Notes: generated by a model not told the origin, from the letters alone. A DNA stretch of 32,000 nt from Sinorhizobium meliloti (GCF_017876815.1 NZ_JAGIOS010000001.1:1860001-1892000), one strand, 5' to 3'. Shown: positions 8,583 through 16,073, counted from the first letter of the stretch. Numbers and translations are program-made.

Positions 8583-9344
8583 TCAGCGTTTCGGCGCGAC
8601 CAGCGCGAAGAGCGCCCCTTGAGGGTCGATGAACTGCGCGATCCACGCTCCGCCGGGCACTTCCATCGGACCCATCAACAGCTTCGCGCCGCCGGATTGC
8701 GCCCGATCGATTGCCGCGTCGATCGCCTCGACATTGAAGTAATAGAGCCAGAAAGGATTGGGAACCTCTCTCGGCCTGGTCATCATCCCGCCGATCGGCT
8801 GACCATTATGGGCGAAGATCTGGTAGACGCCCATCTCGCCCATATCCATCGCCTGGTCCTTGGTCCAGCCGAACAGCTTCGAATAGAAGCTGAAGGCCGT
8901 GTCGAGGTCGCCGGCCATCAGTTCGTGCCAGCCGATGTTGCCGGCAGCCATTTGCTCCATTGCCGGTGGCGGTTCGCCGTCGCCCCTGAAGAGGGCGAAG
9001 GCGGCGCCGTGCGGGTCGGTCACGATTGCGAAGCGGCCGATATTCGGAATGTCCTCCGGCGCGCGATGGACCGTTCCGCCCTCGGCGGCAAGCTTGGCGG
9101 CGGACTCGTCGACATCGTCGACCGCGATATAGCCGAGCCATGCCGGCGGTATCTGCATGTCGAGCGCGCCTTCCGGCATCGTCATGAGACCCGCTACCTG
9201 GTGGTCTCCGGCGGAAAGGAGCGTGTAGTTCATGCCGGGCATTCCCGCGTCACGCGCGCTCCAGCCAACGATGTCCTTGTAGAAGGCTTCCGCCGCCTTC
9301 ATGTCCGTCGTCATCAGTTCGTACCAGACGAATTTCCCATGCAT
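8583..9344 (-). CDS. VOC (glyoxalase/bleomycin-resistance/dioxygenase) family protein, two tandem VOC modules
   Basis: MHGKFVWYELMTTDMKAAEAFYKDIVGW... is repeated internally as NIGWHELMAGDLDTAFSFYSKLFGW. The ATG at 9344 has GGAGGA 7 nt upstream. Confidence 0.85.
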   Translation of the reverse strand: MHGKFVWYELMTTDMKAAEAFYKDIVGWSARDAGMPGMNYTLLSAGDHQVAGLMTMPEGALDMQIPPAWLGYIAVDDVDESAAKLAAEGGTVHRAPEDIPNIGRFAIVTDPHGAAFALFRGDGEPPPAMEQMAAGNIGWHELMAGDLDTAFSFYSKLFGWTKDQAMDMGEMGVYQIFAHNGQPIGGMMTRPREVPNPFWLYYFNVEAIDAAIDRAQSGGAKLLMGPMEVPGGAWIAQFIDPQGALFALVAPKR

Positions 9345-9440
9345 TGTCGGTCCTCCGGTTGTTCTGGATGTGTCGTTGCGGTCGGCGACGGACGGTCGCG
9401 TGGGGGAACGCGAACGCAATCGAAGGCTGCTTTCCGGTCC

Positions 9441-9540
9441 GTCCGCACGCGCTTCATATCGTTGGGTCGACCTAAAATCGTGAACGTGATCGAATATAAG
9501 TTAAAGCTGAATGCGGGCGGAAACCGCACGCACTTTTCTT
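9441..9540 (-). repeat. intergenic repeat, copy A of a 3-copy family (conserved GAAAAGTG-GT-CGGTTTCCGCCCG module plus degenerate hairpin)
   Basis: The minus strand reads aagaaaagtgcgtgcggtttccgcccgcattc... (module 9538->9509). It aligns with copies at 16074 and 16700. It starts 10 nt after the DUF1579 stop, in the same orientation. Confidence 0.6.
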
Positions 9541-9549
9541 AATCCCGCG

Positions 9550-10023
9550 CTAGCGGCGGCGGTATTCCGCGCTCATCATTTCTTTCCAGTCGCCGTTTTC
9601 GGTCTGGACGCGGGCCGTAAGGGTCCGGCGGTTCGCGTCGATGAGGGTTATTCTATCCTGATATCGGGCGGTCCTGCCGGGATTTTCGAAGTCGGGGCCT
9701 TCACAATTGAGGGCAAGCGTCTTCCCGTCGTCCTCTATAACGCCGTCATAGACCCACATATGCGTCATCATGGAGCCGACCCACGTACCGAGATAACGCT
9801 TTGTCTCGGGATTGTAGCCGAGCGTCATCAAAGTCTGGCCGGGGCTGCCCCCCGGCATGATGCCCTCTCCCTCGCACACGACCCAGAGACCGTGCATCGA
9901 GCGGACGTTTTCGATCCAGGGCTGGCTGTCCTCGCCGCTTCCCGTCGAATCCTCGGACGTGATCGTCCACTCGCCGAGCAGCTGTTCCAGCCATCGGTGT
10001 TCTTCCTGCGGCTCTACTTTCAT
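9550..10023 (-). CDS. DUF1579-like small protein
   Basis: 157 aa: HRWLEQLLGEWT...GLWVVCEGEG...MTLGYNPETKRYLGTWVGSMMTHMWVYDG... This resembles the DUF1579 family as I recall it. Function unknown. Confidence 0.7.
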   Translation of the reverse strand: MKVEPQEEHRWLEQLLGEWTITSEDSTGSGEDSQPWIENVRSMHGLWVVCEGEGIMPGGSPGQTLMTLGYNPETKRYLGTWVGSMMTHMWVYDGVIEDDGKTLALNCEGPDFENPGRTARYQDRITLIDANRRTLTARVQTENGDWKEMMSAEYRRR

Positions 10024-10139
10024 TGATTTCCCTCCCGCGGTCGTGCACAGCCATCCCGTCGGGCGGGTGCGGCGCTGAAACGCCGCTCAGCGTCCGAAGG
10101 TTCCTGCCACGCTTCCTTTGCGCTCGCCTCATGCCGGCG

Positions 10140-10178
10140 CTTGACTAATTATGTTGATATCAACATTACTATTTTATG
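10140..10178 (+). promoter_or_regulatory. MarR gene promoter with embedded perfect 16-bp palindromic operator; start codon at or next to the predicted TSS
   Basis: CTTGAC (10140-10145), N17, ACATTA (10163-10168), ATG at 10176. The palindrome ATGTTGATATCAACAT (10151-10166) fills the spacer and the -10. Confidence 0.5.
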
Positions 10179-10622
10179 TCAAAGCCGCTGCCGATACCTT
10201 TTTCCACCACGCTCTTCGTCAGGGACACCTGCCTGTGCCTGCATGTCCAGCGCGCCGCCCGGGCGCTCGCCCGTCGGTTCGACGAGGCGCTGAGACCGCT
10301 CGAGATTACCAATGGTCAGTTCTCGCTGATGATGTCGCTCAACCGGCCGGACCCGCCGAGCATGAGCGCGGTGGCCGCCGTGCTCGCCATGGATCGCACC
10401 ACGTTGACGGCGGCGCTGAAGCCGCTGGAGCGACGAGGCATTGTCGAGTCGTTCGCCGACCCTGGCGACAGGCGTCTGAAACGCGTGCGGCTGACGACGG
10501 AGGGCGGCCGGCTGCTCGCCGAGGCGCTGCCGATCTGGAAGGCAACCCATGAAGCGCTCGACGAACGTCTGGGGGAGGGCGGCGCGGAACGTCTGCGGGC
10601 GGATCTGATCGCACTGACCTGA
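10176..10622 (+). CDS. MarR-family transcriptional regulator
   Basis: LHVQRAARALARRFDEALRPLEITNGQFSLMMSL...VLAMDRTTLTAALKPLERRGIV...DRRLKRVRLTTEG is the winged-helix MarR pattern. Confidence 0.85.
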   Translation: MSKPLPIPFSTTLFVRDTCLCLHVQRAARALARRFDEALRPLEITNGQFSLMMSLNRPDPPSMSAVAAVLAMDRTTLTAALKPLERRGIVESFADPGDRRLKRVRLTTEGGRLLAEALPIWKATHEALDERLGEGGAERLRADLIALT

Positions 10623-10671
10623 TGGGACCGGCAAGCGCGCCGAGAAATCGCCAGCGGACGTAGCGCATCAT

Positions 10672-10700
10672 GGAATAAGCGAGGCAGCTCGCTCGTCTCT
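10672..10700 (+). promoter_or_regulatory. ECF-type promoter upstream of the sigma factor gene (GGAAT-N17-CGTCTCT)
   Basis: GGAAT at 10672-10676 and CGTCTCT at 10694-10700. The same two boxes recur in front of sorT at 12135-12162. Confidence 0.55.
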
Positions 10701-10771
10701 ACGCCGCGGAGGAAAAATGGAACGAACCGGAAGCTTCGAGGCGGGAACGCGTGCAGCCCTGATCGGGTGTC

Positions 10772-11308
10772 ATGTCGGGTATCATGCGCTCGCGCGTTGA
10801 ACGGAGACTGGAACCGCATTATGCGCGGCTTTTCGCTTATGCCGTCGCGCTTTCGCGCGATCGCGACGGAGCACAGGATATTTTCCAGGAGTGCATCGCC
10901 CGCGCCTTGGATGCGCGAAGCGTGCCCGAAACGGAGCCCGCATTTCGTGCATGGCTCTTCGCGATCCTTCGGAACATCTGGATCGACCAGTCGCGCCTGC
11001 GCCGCCGGCGTTCCGACCTGGAACAGGAGTTCGTCACGGACCTGGTGCCCGCGCCGGTCGCCCCGGAAACCGTGCTGGTCGATGCATTTTCGGTCCGCCA
11101 GGCGTTTACCCGCCTCAGCACCGAGCATCGCGAAATCCTCGCGCTGGTCGACATATCCGGTTTCAGCTACGAGGAGGTGGCAATGATGATCGCAGTGCCC
11201 AAGGGTACCGTCATGAGCCGGGTCAGCCGTGCAAGGCGGGCGCTGGCGTCTTACCTCGGCGATGCCAATGTCGTCGAACTCGCGCGGCATCGAGAAGGCC
11301 GAAAATGA
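10772..11308 (+). CDS. rpoE4: ECF (group IV) RNA polymerase sigma factor
   Basis: Region 2: DIFQECIARAL...FRAWLFAILRNIWIDQSR. Region 4: REILALVDISGFSYEEVAMMIAVPKGTVMSRVSRARRAL. The symbol is assigned from remembered S. meliloti synteny (sigma/anti-sigma next to sorT-sorU-azu). Alternative ATG at 10784. Confidence 0.85.
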   Translation: MSGIMRSRVERRLEPHYARLFAYAVALSRDRDGAQDIFQECIARALDARSVPETEPAFRAWLFAILRNIWIDQSRLRRRRSDLEQEFVTDLVPAPVAPETVLVDAFSVRQAFTRLSTEHREILALVDISGFSYEEVAMMIAVPKGTVMSRVSRARRALASYLGDANVVELARHREGRK

Positions 11309-12078
11309 CAGAAAACGACCTGAATCCCGATATTTTGAGTGCCTATGTCGACGGCGAACTCGAGCCGGAGGAGGCGTCGCGCGTCGCCCGTCTGATTGCT
11401 TCCGACGAGGCGGTGGCGCGGCGCGCGGCCAAACTGTCCGAGATGAAGGCGGCAGTTGCGGGAATGGCTCCGGAGATCGTGGTGGTGACGGTGCCGCGTC
11501 CGCGGCCGGCCAGCCGATGGATGCTGTCGTTTGCTGCGGGTGCGTGTGCCAGCCTGCTGGTCTTTGCGGTGGCCTGGTTCGGCCTGGCAAGGGCTCCGGT
11601 GGGGGTGCCGGCGGGACTGCCGGGGGACGCGGCGGTTCGCGATGCCGTGCTGGAGCATGCGGCCTGGGTCGGAGGTTCTTTCACGCCGCCAATGCTTCCG
11701 GCCTCCGCACCCGCTGATGTGTTTGTGCCGGCGATGAACGCGGCCGGATTGACGCCCGTCTTTGCGCGCGAAACCTCCGTGAATGGCGAAGCCGCGTTGC
11801 ATACAGGCTACGTCGGCAGTTCCGGCTGTCGGCTGAGCCTGTTCCGGATCGCTCGCCCGGACGTTGAGCACGGTTTCGACATGTCAAGCGACGACGGCCT
11901 GCTTCATGCCTCCTGGTCGGGCGACGCCGCAAGCTTCCTGCTTGTAGCCCGGGGGATGGACGAAGCCCGCTTCGCCCTTCTCGCCGGCGCTCTGAAGCTG
12001 GCGAGCGAAGAGAATGGCCGGGGAAAGCAGAAAATAATCGCAAGCCTCGGCGCGATGCGTCAGCCGTGCATCGGCTGA
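11305..12078 (+). CDS. anti-sigma factor (single-pass membrane protein)
   Basis: ATGA overlap with the sigma stop (ATG 11305, TGA 11306-11308). N-terminus ILSAYVDGELEPEEASRVARLIASDEAVARR is a typical anti-sigma N-domain. One TM segment: WMLSFAAGACASLLVFAVAWFGL. The upstream part of track ORF 10891..12078 is out-of-frame overlap with the sigma gene. Confidence 0.8.
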   Translation: MTENDLNPDILSAYVDGELEPEEASRVARLIASDEAVARRAAKLSEMKAAVAGMAPEIVVVTVPRPRPASRWMLSFAAGACASLLVFAVAWFGLARAPVGVPAGLPGDAAVRDAVLEHAAWVGGSFTPPMLPASAPADVFVPAMNAAGLTPVFARETSVNGEAALHTGYVGSSGCRLSLFRIARPDVEHGFDMSSDDGLLHASWSGDAASFLLVARGMDEARFALLAGALKLASEENGRGKQKIIASLGAMRQPCIG

Positions 12079-12134
12079 CGCATCGCCGGATCGGACGCGC
12101 GATGCTGCCGGTTCACAAAAATGATTGGCGCGAG

Positions 12135-12162
12135 GGAATTTTCCGGGGCGTCAGTCGTCTCT
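12135..12162 (+). promoter_or_regulatory. ECF-type promoter upstream of sorT (GGAAT-N16-CGTCTCT)
   Basis: GGAAT at 12135-12139 and CGTCTCT at 12156-12162. It lies inside the longest sorT ORF (from 12121), which argues for the downstream start. Confidence 0.55.
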
Positions 12163-12240
12163 TCCAGTCATTTCGAGGACGATCGGATCGGCATGCTGCC
12201 ATCCGGGAAAAGGAGACGCGACTTGACTGAGATGCTGACC

Positions 12241-13422
12241 ATGAAACGGCGGAGTTTTCTGACCGGGAGCGCCGGAGCTGTCGTTGCTGCCGGAACCGGT
12301 GGGCTTGCTGAGGCCAAGGAGACGAAGCCTCTGCCCGACTACGTGGCCTGGAAGGACGCCGATGCGCTGATCGTCCATAGCGACAAGACGCTGGAGACGA
12401 AGCGAAGCGAATTCGGCACCAGTATCATTACGCCGGAAGAGAAGCTTTACATCCGCAACAACGTCAACACGCCTCCGGAATCGATTCTCGCCGACCGCGA
12501 CGGATGGAAGGTGGAGATATCAGGCGTAAAGGAGCCCCGGACGCTCACTGTCGCCGAACTGAAGACTCTGGGTCTGGTGACGGCGGCGACTGTACTGCAA
12601 TGTTCGGGCAATGGCCGCAAATACTTCAAGGATCAGCTGACGGGTGACCAGAAAATGAGCGGCACGCCCTGGACCGTCGGCGCTGCGGGTTGCGTCATCT
12701 GGAGCGGCGTGCCTCTCAAAGCGGTGGTCGATGCCCTGGGTGGGCCTGCCGAAGGGGCTCGGTTCATCACGGGAACGGGCGGTGAGGAGCTTCCGGCCGG
12801 GCTCGACCCCAAGCTTCTGGTGGTCGAGCGCTCGGTCCCGATCTCGAACCTCGACAATGTGATTCTTGCCTGGGAAATGAACGGGAGGCCTCTTTCCCTT
12901 GCCCATGGGGGCCCGCTGCGCATGGTCGTCCCCGGCTATTCCGGCGTCAACAATATCAAATATGTCAAGGCCGTCGCCATGACCGAGGTCGAGACGGACG
13001 CGAAGATCCAGAAGACCAGCTATCGCGTGCACGCGCTCGGAGAAAAAGGCTCTCCCGACCAGCCATCGGTATGGGAACAGCCCGTCAAGTCGTGGATCAC
13101 CACGCCGCACGAGGCTGCAAAGGCGGGACAGGTGCAGATTGCCGGCGTCGCCTTCGGCGGCATGAATGCTTGCAAGAGCGTAGAGGTCTCGGTGGACGGC
13201 GGTCAGACGTGGCAGGAAGCCGAGTTCATCGGGCCCGATCTCGGCCGTTTCGCCTGGCGCGTTTTTGCCCTGTCGGCCGATCTGGCGCGGGGGACCTACA
13301 CGCTCGTCAGCCGCGCGACCGATACCGAGGGTAACGTGCAGCCCGAGGAGACCGAGATGAATGGAGCCGGCTACGGCCACAACGGCTGGCGTGCGCCCGC
13401 CGTCAAACTCACCGTTGCCTGA
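12241..13422 (+). CDS. sorT: periplasmic molybdopterin sulfite dehydrogenase (sulfite oxidase family), Tat-exported
   Basis: Twin-arginine signal MKRRSFLTGSAGAVVAAGTGGLAEA. Mo-ligand cysteine context ATVLQCSGNGR. SO-family dimerisation domain at the C-terminus. Alternative ATG at 12232. Confidence 0.88.
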   Translation: MKRRSFLTGSAGAVVAAGTGGLAEAKETKPLPDYVAWKDADALIVHSDKTLETKRSEFGTSIITPEEKLYIRNNVNTPPESILADRDGWKVEISGVKEPRTLTVAELKTLGLVTAATVLQCSGNGRKYFKDQLTGDQKMSGTPWTVGAAGCVIWSGVPLKAVVDALGGPAEGARFITGTGGEELPAGLDPKLLVVERSVPISNLDNVILAWEMNGRPLSLAHGGPLRMVVPGYSGVNNIKYVKAVAMTEVETDAKIQKTSYRVHALGEKGSPDQPSVWEQPVKSWITTPHEAAKAGQVQIAGVAFGGMNACKSVEVSVDGGQTWQEAEFIGPDLGRFAWRVFALSADLARGTYTLVSRATDTEGNVQPEETEMNGAGYGHNGWRAPAVKLTVA

Positions 13423-13433
13423 CCGCAACCGAA

Positions 13434-13461
13434 GGGTTCCGCATGTTGCGGAACCCTGTTT
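13434..13461 (+). terminator. intercistronic stem-loop between sorT and sorU (possible partial terminator or RNA-stability element)
   Basis: Perfect 10-bp stem: gggttccgca (13434-13443) pairs with tgcggaaccc (13447-13456), followed by tgttt. Confidence 0.4.
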
Positions 13462-13494
13462 CACGATCTTCTCCTATCAATTTCGGATCAGAAC

Positions 13495-13836
13495 ATGACC
13501 CATGCTTCAAGCCGCCGGATCGCGGCCGTGCTCACCTGTGTAACCATCGGCCTGTCGCCGCGCATGGCATCCGCCGAAGAAGACAAGCTTGCGCTCGGCA
13601 GAGAGATATTCCTCGAACGGTCGGAACCGCAATGCGCGCTCTGTCATACGCTGGCGGATGCCGAGGCCGTCGGGGAGGTTGGACCCAATCTCGACGAACT
13701 CAAACCCGACGCGGAAAGGGTCAATACGGCTGTCACCAACGGCATCGGGCCGATGCCGGCCAACGAGATCCTTACGGACGAAGAAATCGAGGCCGTCGCG
13801 CTTTATGTCTCGACGGTCGCCGGAAAAGCCAAGTGA
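13495..13836 (+). CDS. sorU: small periplasmic c-type cytochrome, predicted electron acceptor of SorT
   Basis: Signal peptide, a single CALCH haem-binding motif, and GPMP (Met ligand region). 113 aa. Confidence 0.85.
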   Translation: MTHASSRRIAAVLTCVTIGLSPRMASAEEDKLALGREIFLERSEPQCALCHTLADAEAVGEVGPNLDELKPDAERVNTAVTNGIGPMPANEILTDEEIEAVALYVSTVAGKAK

Positions 13837-13882
13837 TCGGCGTCATGCGGGCGTTGACGCCCGCCAAGGAGAGGAAAGTACG

Positions 13883-14326
13883 TTGAAGACAAAGATGATG
13901 CTTTTGGCGATGTTGTGCGCGACCTCTGCAGGCCAGGCAAACGCCGAGGAATATCGTGTCGAAATGCTGAACAAAGCCGCTGACGGCCGCGTGATGGCAT
14001 TCGAGCCCGCCGTCATCCGCGCCCAGCCCGGAGACACCGTCACCTTCGTCGCAAAAGACAAGGGGCACAACTCCGCGCTGATGAAGGGCGGCGCACCGGA
14101 AGGTGCGGAGACCTGGAAGGGCAAGATCAACGAGGAAATCACCGTGACCCTGAGCAAGCCCGGCGTCTACATGTATCAATGCGCCCCGCATGTCGGCATG
14201 GGCATGATCGGCGCAATCGTGGTTGGAGAACCGGCGAACCTCGAAGCCGTCAAGGGCATCAAGTATCCCGGAAAATCGAAGGCGGCCGCGGAGAAGATCT
14301 TCGCGGAAATCGAGAGCGGCGGCTGA
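13883..14326 (+). CDS. pseudoazurin (type-1 blue copper protein)
   Basis: Signal peptide MMLLAMLCATSAGQANA. Cu ligands in KGHN ... YQCAPHVGMGM (His, Cys, His, Met). The TTG at 13883 sits 5-8 nt after AAGGAGAGGAAAG; the first ATG is at 13895. Confidence 0.85.
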   Translation: MKTKMMLLAMLCATSAGQANAEEYRVEMLNKAADGRVMAFEPAVIRAQPGDTVTFVAKDKGHNSALMKGGAPEGAETWKGKINEEITVTLSKPGVYMYQCAPHVGMGMIGAIVVGEPANLEAVKGIKYPGKSKAAAEKIFAEIESGG

Positions 14327-14348
14327 CGGACCGGTTGCTGCTGCTCCT

Positions 14349-14396
14349 TCCTCACCCCTGTGCTCGTCACTAGGGCATATACATATCTGCTCCTCT
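14349..14396. repeat. left arm of outer imperfect inverted repeat bracketing the repeat/IS mosaic
   Basis: tcctcacccctgtg-ctcgtc-actagggcatatacatatctgctcctct matches the reverse complement of 15968-16017 at 38/42 flank positions. The 6-8 nt core does not match. Confidence 0.6.
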
Positions 14397-14483
14397 GGTG
14401 GGAGCCGTTGCCATGGCGAGAAACCGGCTGGCTCCCAGTTATGCGGTCTGCTGCCGGATAGGTGAAGGTCAAGCCGCTTGTCG

Positions 14484-14526
14484 TCTCCCCGCTTGTGGGG
14501 GAGATGGCCGGCAGGCCAGAGGGGGT
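14484..14526. repeat. left 43-bp terminal inverted repeat of a ~204-bp MITE/RIME-like palindromic element
   Basis: The reverse complement of tctccccgcttgtgggggagatggccggcaggccagagggggt matches 14645-14682 plus 15859-15863 at 42/43 positions. Confidence 0.75.
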
Positions 14527-14644
14527 TAAACGCCAAACCCTGCATGCTGCCGAAGACGATTTGCCGCGAGGATACCCTGCGGCATTCCGAAGACGCGGTC
14601 ATACGACTGCGTCGTGTAGTCCTGATGGGCGAGCGGGAGAGCAG

Positions 14645-14682
14645 ACCCCCTCTGGCCTGCCGGCCATCTCCCCCACAAGGGG
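14645..14682. repeat. right terminal inverted repeat of the MITE/RIME-like element, interrupted by the IS (continues at 15859-15863)
   Basis: accccctctggcctgccggccatctcccccacaagggg | IS | ggaga. Confidence 0.75.
14673..14682. repeat. target-site duplication, left copy (CCACAAGGGG)
   Basis: The identical 10-mer is at 15849-15858, directly abutting both IS ends. Confidence 0.7.
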
Positions 14683-15848
14683 CAGGGCTATCGCATATGA
14701 GCGATAAGAGAAGTGAGGAATTGGTCATCCCAGCCCGCCTTTTTGATTTTCCGGCGGATGGAGGCCTTGTCGGGGTGAGATCGCAAGAGGTTGAGAGCGA
14801 TCTTGCGCAAGAAGGCAATGTTCTGAGGGCCGTTGTCCTTGCGGTTTCTGGCGGCGTCCTCGCGGAAGTGGACATCCAGAACCCAATGCAGTTTGTTTTC
14901 GATTTGCCAATGGGTTCTTACAACCTCGATCAGCGCGCTCGGCGACATGGTGGTGGAGAGCAGGAAGTAGCGGACATGGCTGGTCAAATGGCCGTTGGTA
15001 TGACGGCTTGTGGTCTCGACGCAGCCGATGGCCTGCAGGCCCGGAAAGTTGATATCGTCGACAGCCACAACGCTGGCGCGGCGTGTCTCGGTGCGGTCAT
15101 GGGCAGTCTCGGCTGCAATCTGGATGCTCTCGACGTGGTCGGCGTCCTCGATGCGGGCGAGCGCCTGGGCCAAGAGGCCGGGCTGGTTGGCCTTCAGTGC
15201 CAGAGCATAATCGCCGCCGGCAGCGAGGATGGCGCGGGCGGTGTCGGGCCGGCAATGCAGGGCATCGGCGGTGACGATAGAGCCCTCCAGTGCCAGCAGC
15301 GCGAGCGCATCGAGAGCCCCTTGCACCTCATTGCGGCCCGGCGCGAGCTTTTGGCCGATGACCAGACCGGGACCGGCAGCCCAGACATTGACGAAGTGGA
15401 GTGGCGTGGCCTTGGCGGCGCGCCGGTAGGCACCGCGCACCGCCTTGCCATCGATCGCTACCACCCCTTCGAGACCCTGCGCAAAGCTCGCCGTGAGACG
15501 GCGAAAGGCCGCGTCAAAGGCATCCGGATCGAGATGGCGGAAGACGGTGGAGAAGGTGTCATGGCTGGGAATGCCATAGGGCAGCGGCACGATTGTCTTC
15601 AGCCATTTCTTCTTGGCAACGCCGAAATCGGCCATATCGGTACAGCTTTCCGCACCGCAGACAATCGCCGCAACGGCAATGAACAGGATCGACGTCAACG
15701 GATGGCGCGCATTGCGACCGCGCGGATCGGGCAAATCTTCAAAGCAAGCGGCAAATCTACTCATCGAGACCTCCAAGTCAGCGGAGAACTCCAAGAATCG
15801 ATTTGCCGCAACAAAACAACCGCTTATTTGCTAAATGCGATTCCCCTG
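14683..15848 (-). mobile_element. ISAs1-family insertion sequence, 1166 bp, apparently intact
   Basis: Terminal inverted repeats CAGGGCTATCGCAT (14683-) and the reverse complement of 15835-15848 (CAGGGGAATCGCAT), 12/14 identical. Flanked by a 10-bp direct repeat. One transposase ORF. Confidence 0.8.
14688..15764 (-). CDS. ISAs1-family (H-repeat-associated type) DDE transposase
   Basis: FEDLPDPRGRNARHPLTSILFIAVAAIVCGAESCTDMADFG...VAIDGKAVRG...IVTADALHCR...HWQIENKLHWVLDVHFREDAARNRKDNGPQN are typical ISAs1 transposase motifs. The ATG at 15764 has GGAGG 6 nt upstream. The track ORF starts 10 codons earlier. Confidence 0.88.
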   Translation of the reverse strand: MSRFAACFEDLPDPRGRNARHPLTSILFIAVAAIVCGAESCTDMADFGVAKKKWLKTIVPLPYGIPSHDTFSTVFRHLDPDAFDAAFRRLTASFAQGLEGVVAIDGKAVRGAYRRAAKATPLHFVNVWAAGPGLVIGQKLAPGRNEVQGALDALALLALEGSIVTADALHCRPDTARAILAAGGDYALALKANQPGLLAQALARIEDADHVESIQIAAETAHDRTETRRASVVAVDDINFPGLQAIGCVETTSRHTNGHLTSHVRYFLLSTTMSPSALIEVVRTHWQIENKLHWVLDVHFREDAARNRKDNGPQNIAFLRKIALNLLRSHPDKASIRRKIKKAGWDDQFLTSLIAHMR

Positions 15849-15858
15849 CCACAAGGGG
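15849..15858. repeat. target-site duplication, right copy (CCACAAGGGG)
   Basis: See 14673-14682. Confidence 0.7.
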
Positions 15859-15967
15859 GGAGAATATATGCGGCGGGCTCTCGCTTCCGCTTCTGCGTTC
15901 TGTCCGTGGCATCGTTTTGGCATGTGAAGTCAAAACCGCTTATCCGCCCCAAGGCAATTGTCCTGCG

Positions 15968-16017
15968 AGAGGATCAGATGTGTAAATGCCCTAGTGTGCT
16001 CGTCACAGGGATGAGGA
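15968..16017. repeat. right arm of the outer imperfect inverted repeat
   Basis: agaggatcagatgtgtaaatgccctagtgtgctcgtcacagggatgagga; see 14349-14396. Confidence 0.6.
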
Positions 16018-16073
16018 GTGCAAACAAGCCGCTGCGGGTTGCCCGAATCTCAACGGGCCTTGGAGCGGAATGA

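Noticed and set aside
7539-9542. ORFs 7539..8450 (-) and 8619..9542 (+), each about 300 aa
   Set aside because: They are antisense to the LysR regulator and the VOC protein respectively. Both are Arg-rich with no motifs.
10316-11590. 424-aa minus ORF spanning the MarR, sigma and anti-sigma genes
   Set aside because: It is antisense to three well-supported + strand genes and has a Pro/Arg/Ser-rich junk-like composition.
12121-12240. Longest-ORF start for sorT at 12121
   Set aside because: The ECF-type promoter boxes (12135-12162) lie inside this extension. The Tat signal begins at 12241.
12520-14875. Minus ORFs 12520..13464 (314 aa) and 13772..14875 (367 aa)
   Set aside because: They are antisense to sorT and to pseudoazurin plus repeat DNA. 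No motifs. The second runs through non-coding repeats.
14478-16073. 531-aa + ORF across the IS region
   Set aside because: It is antisense to the ISAs1 transposase and reads through the IS ends and the MITE-like arms, so it cannot be a native gene.
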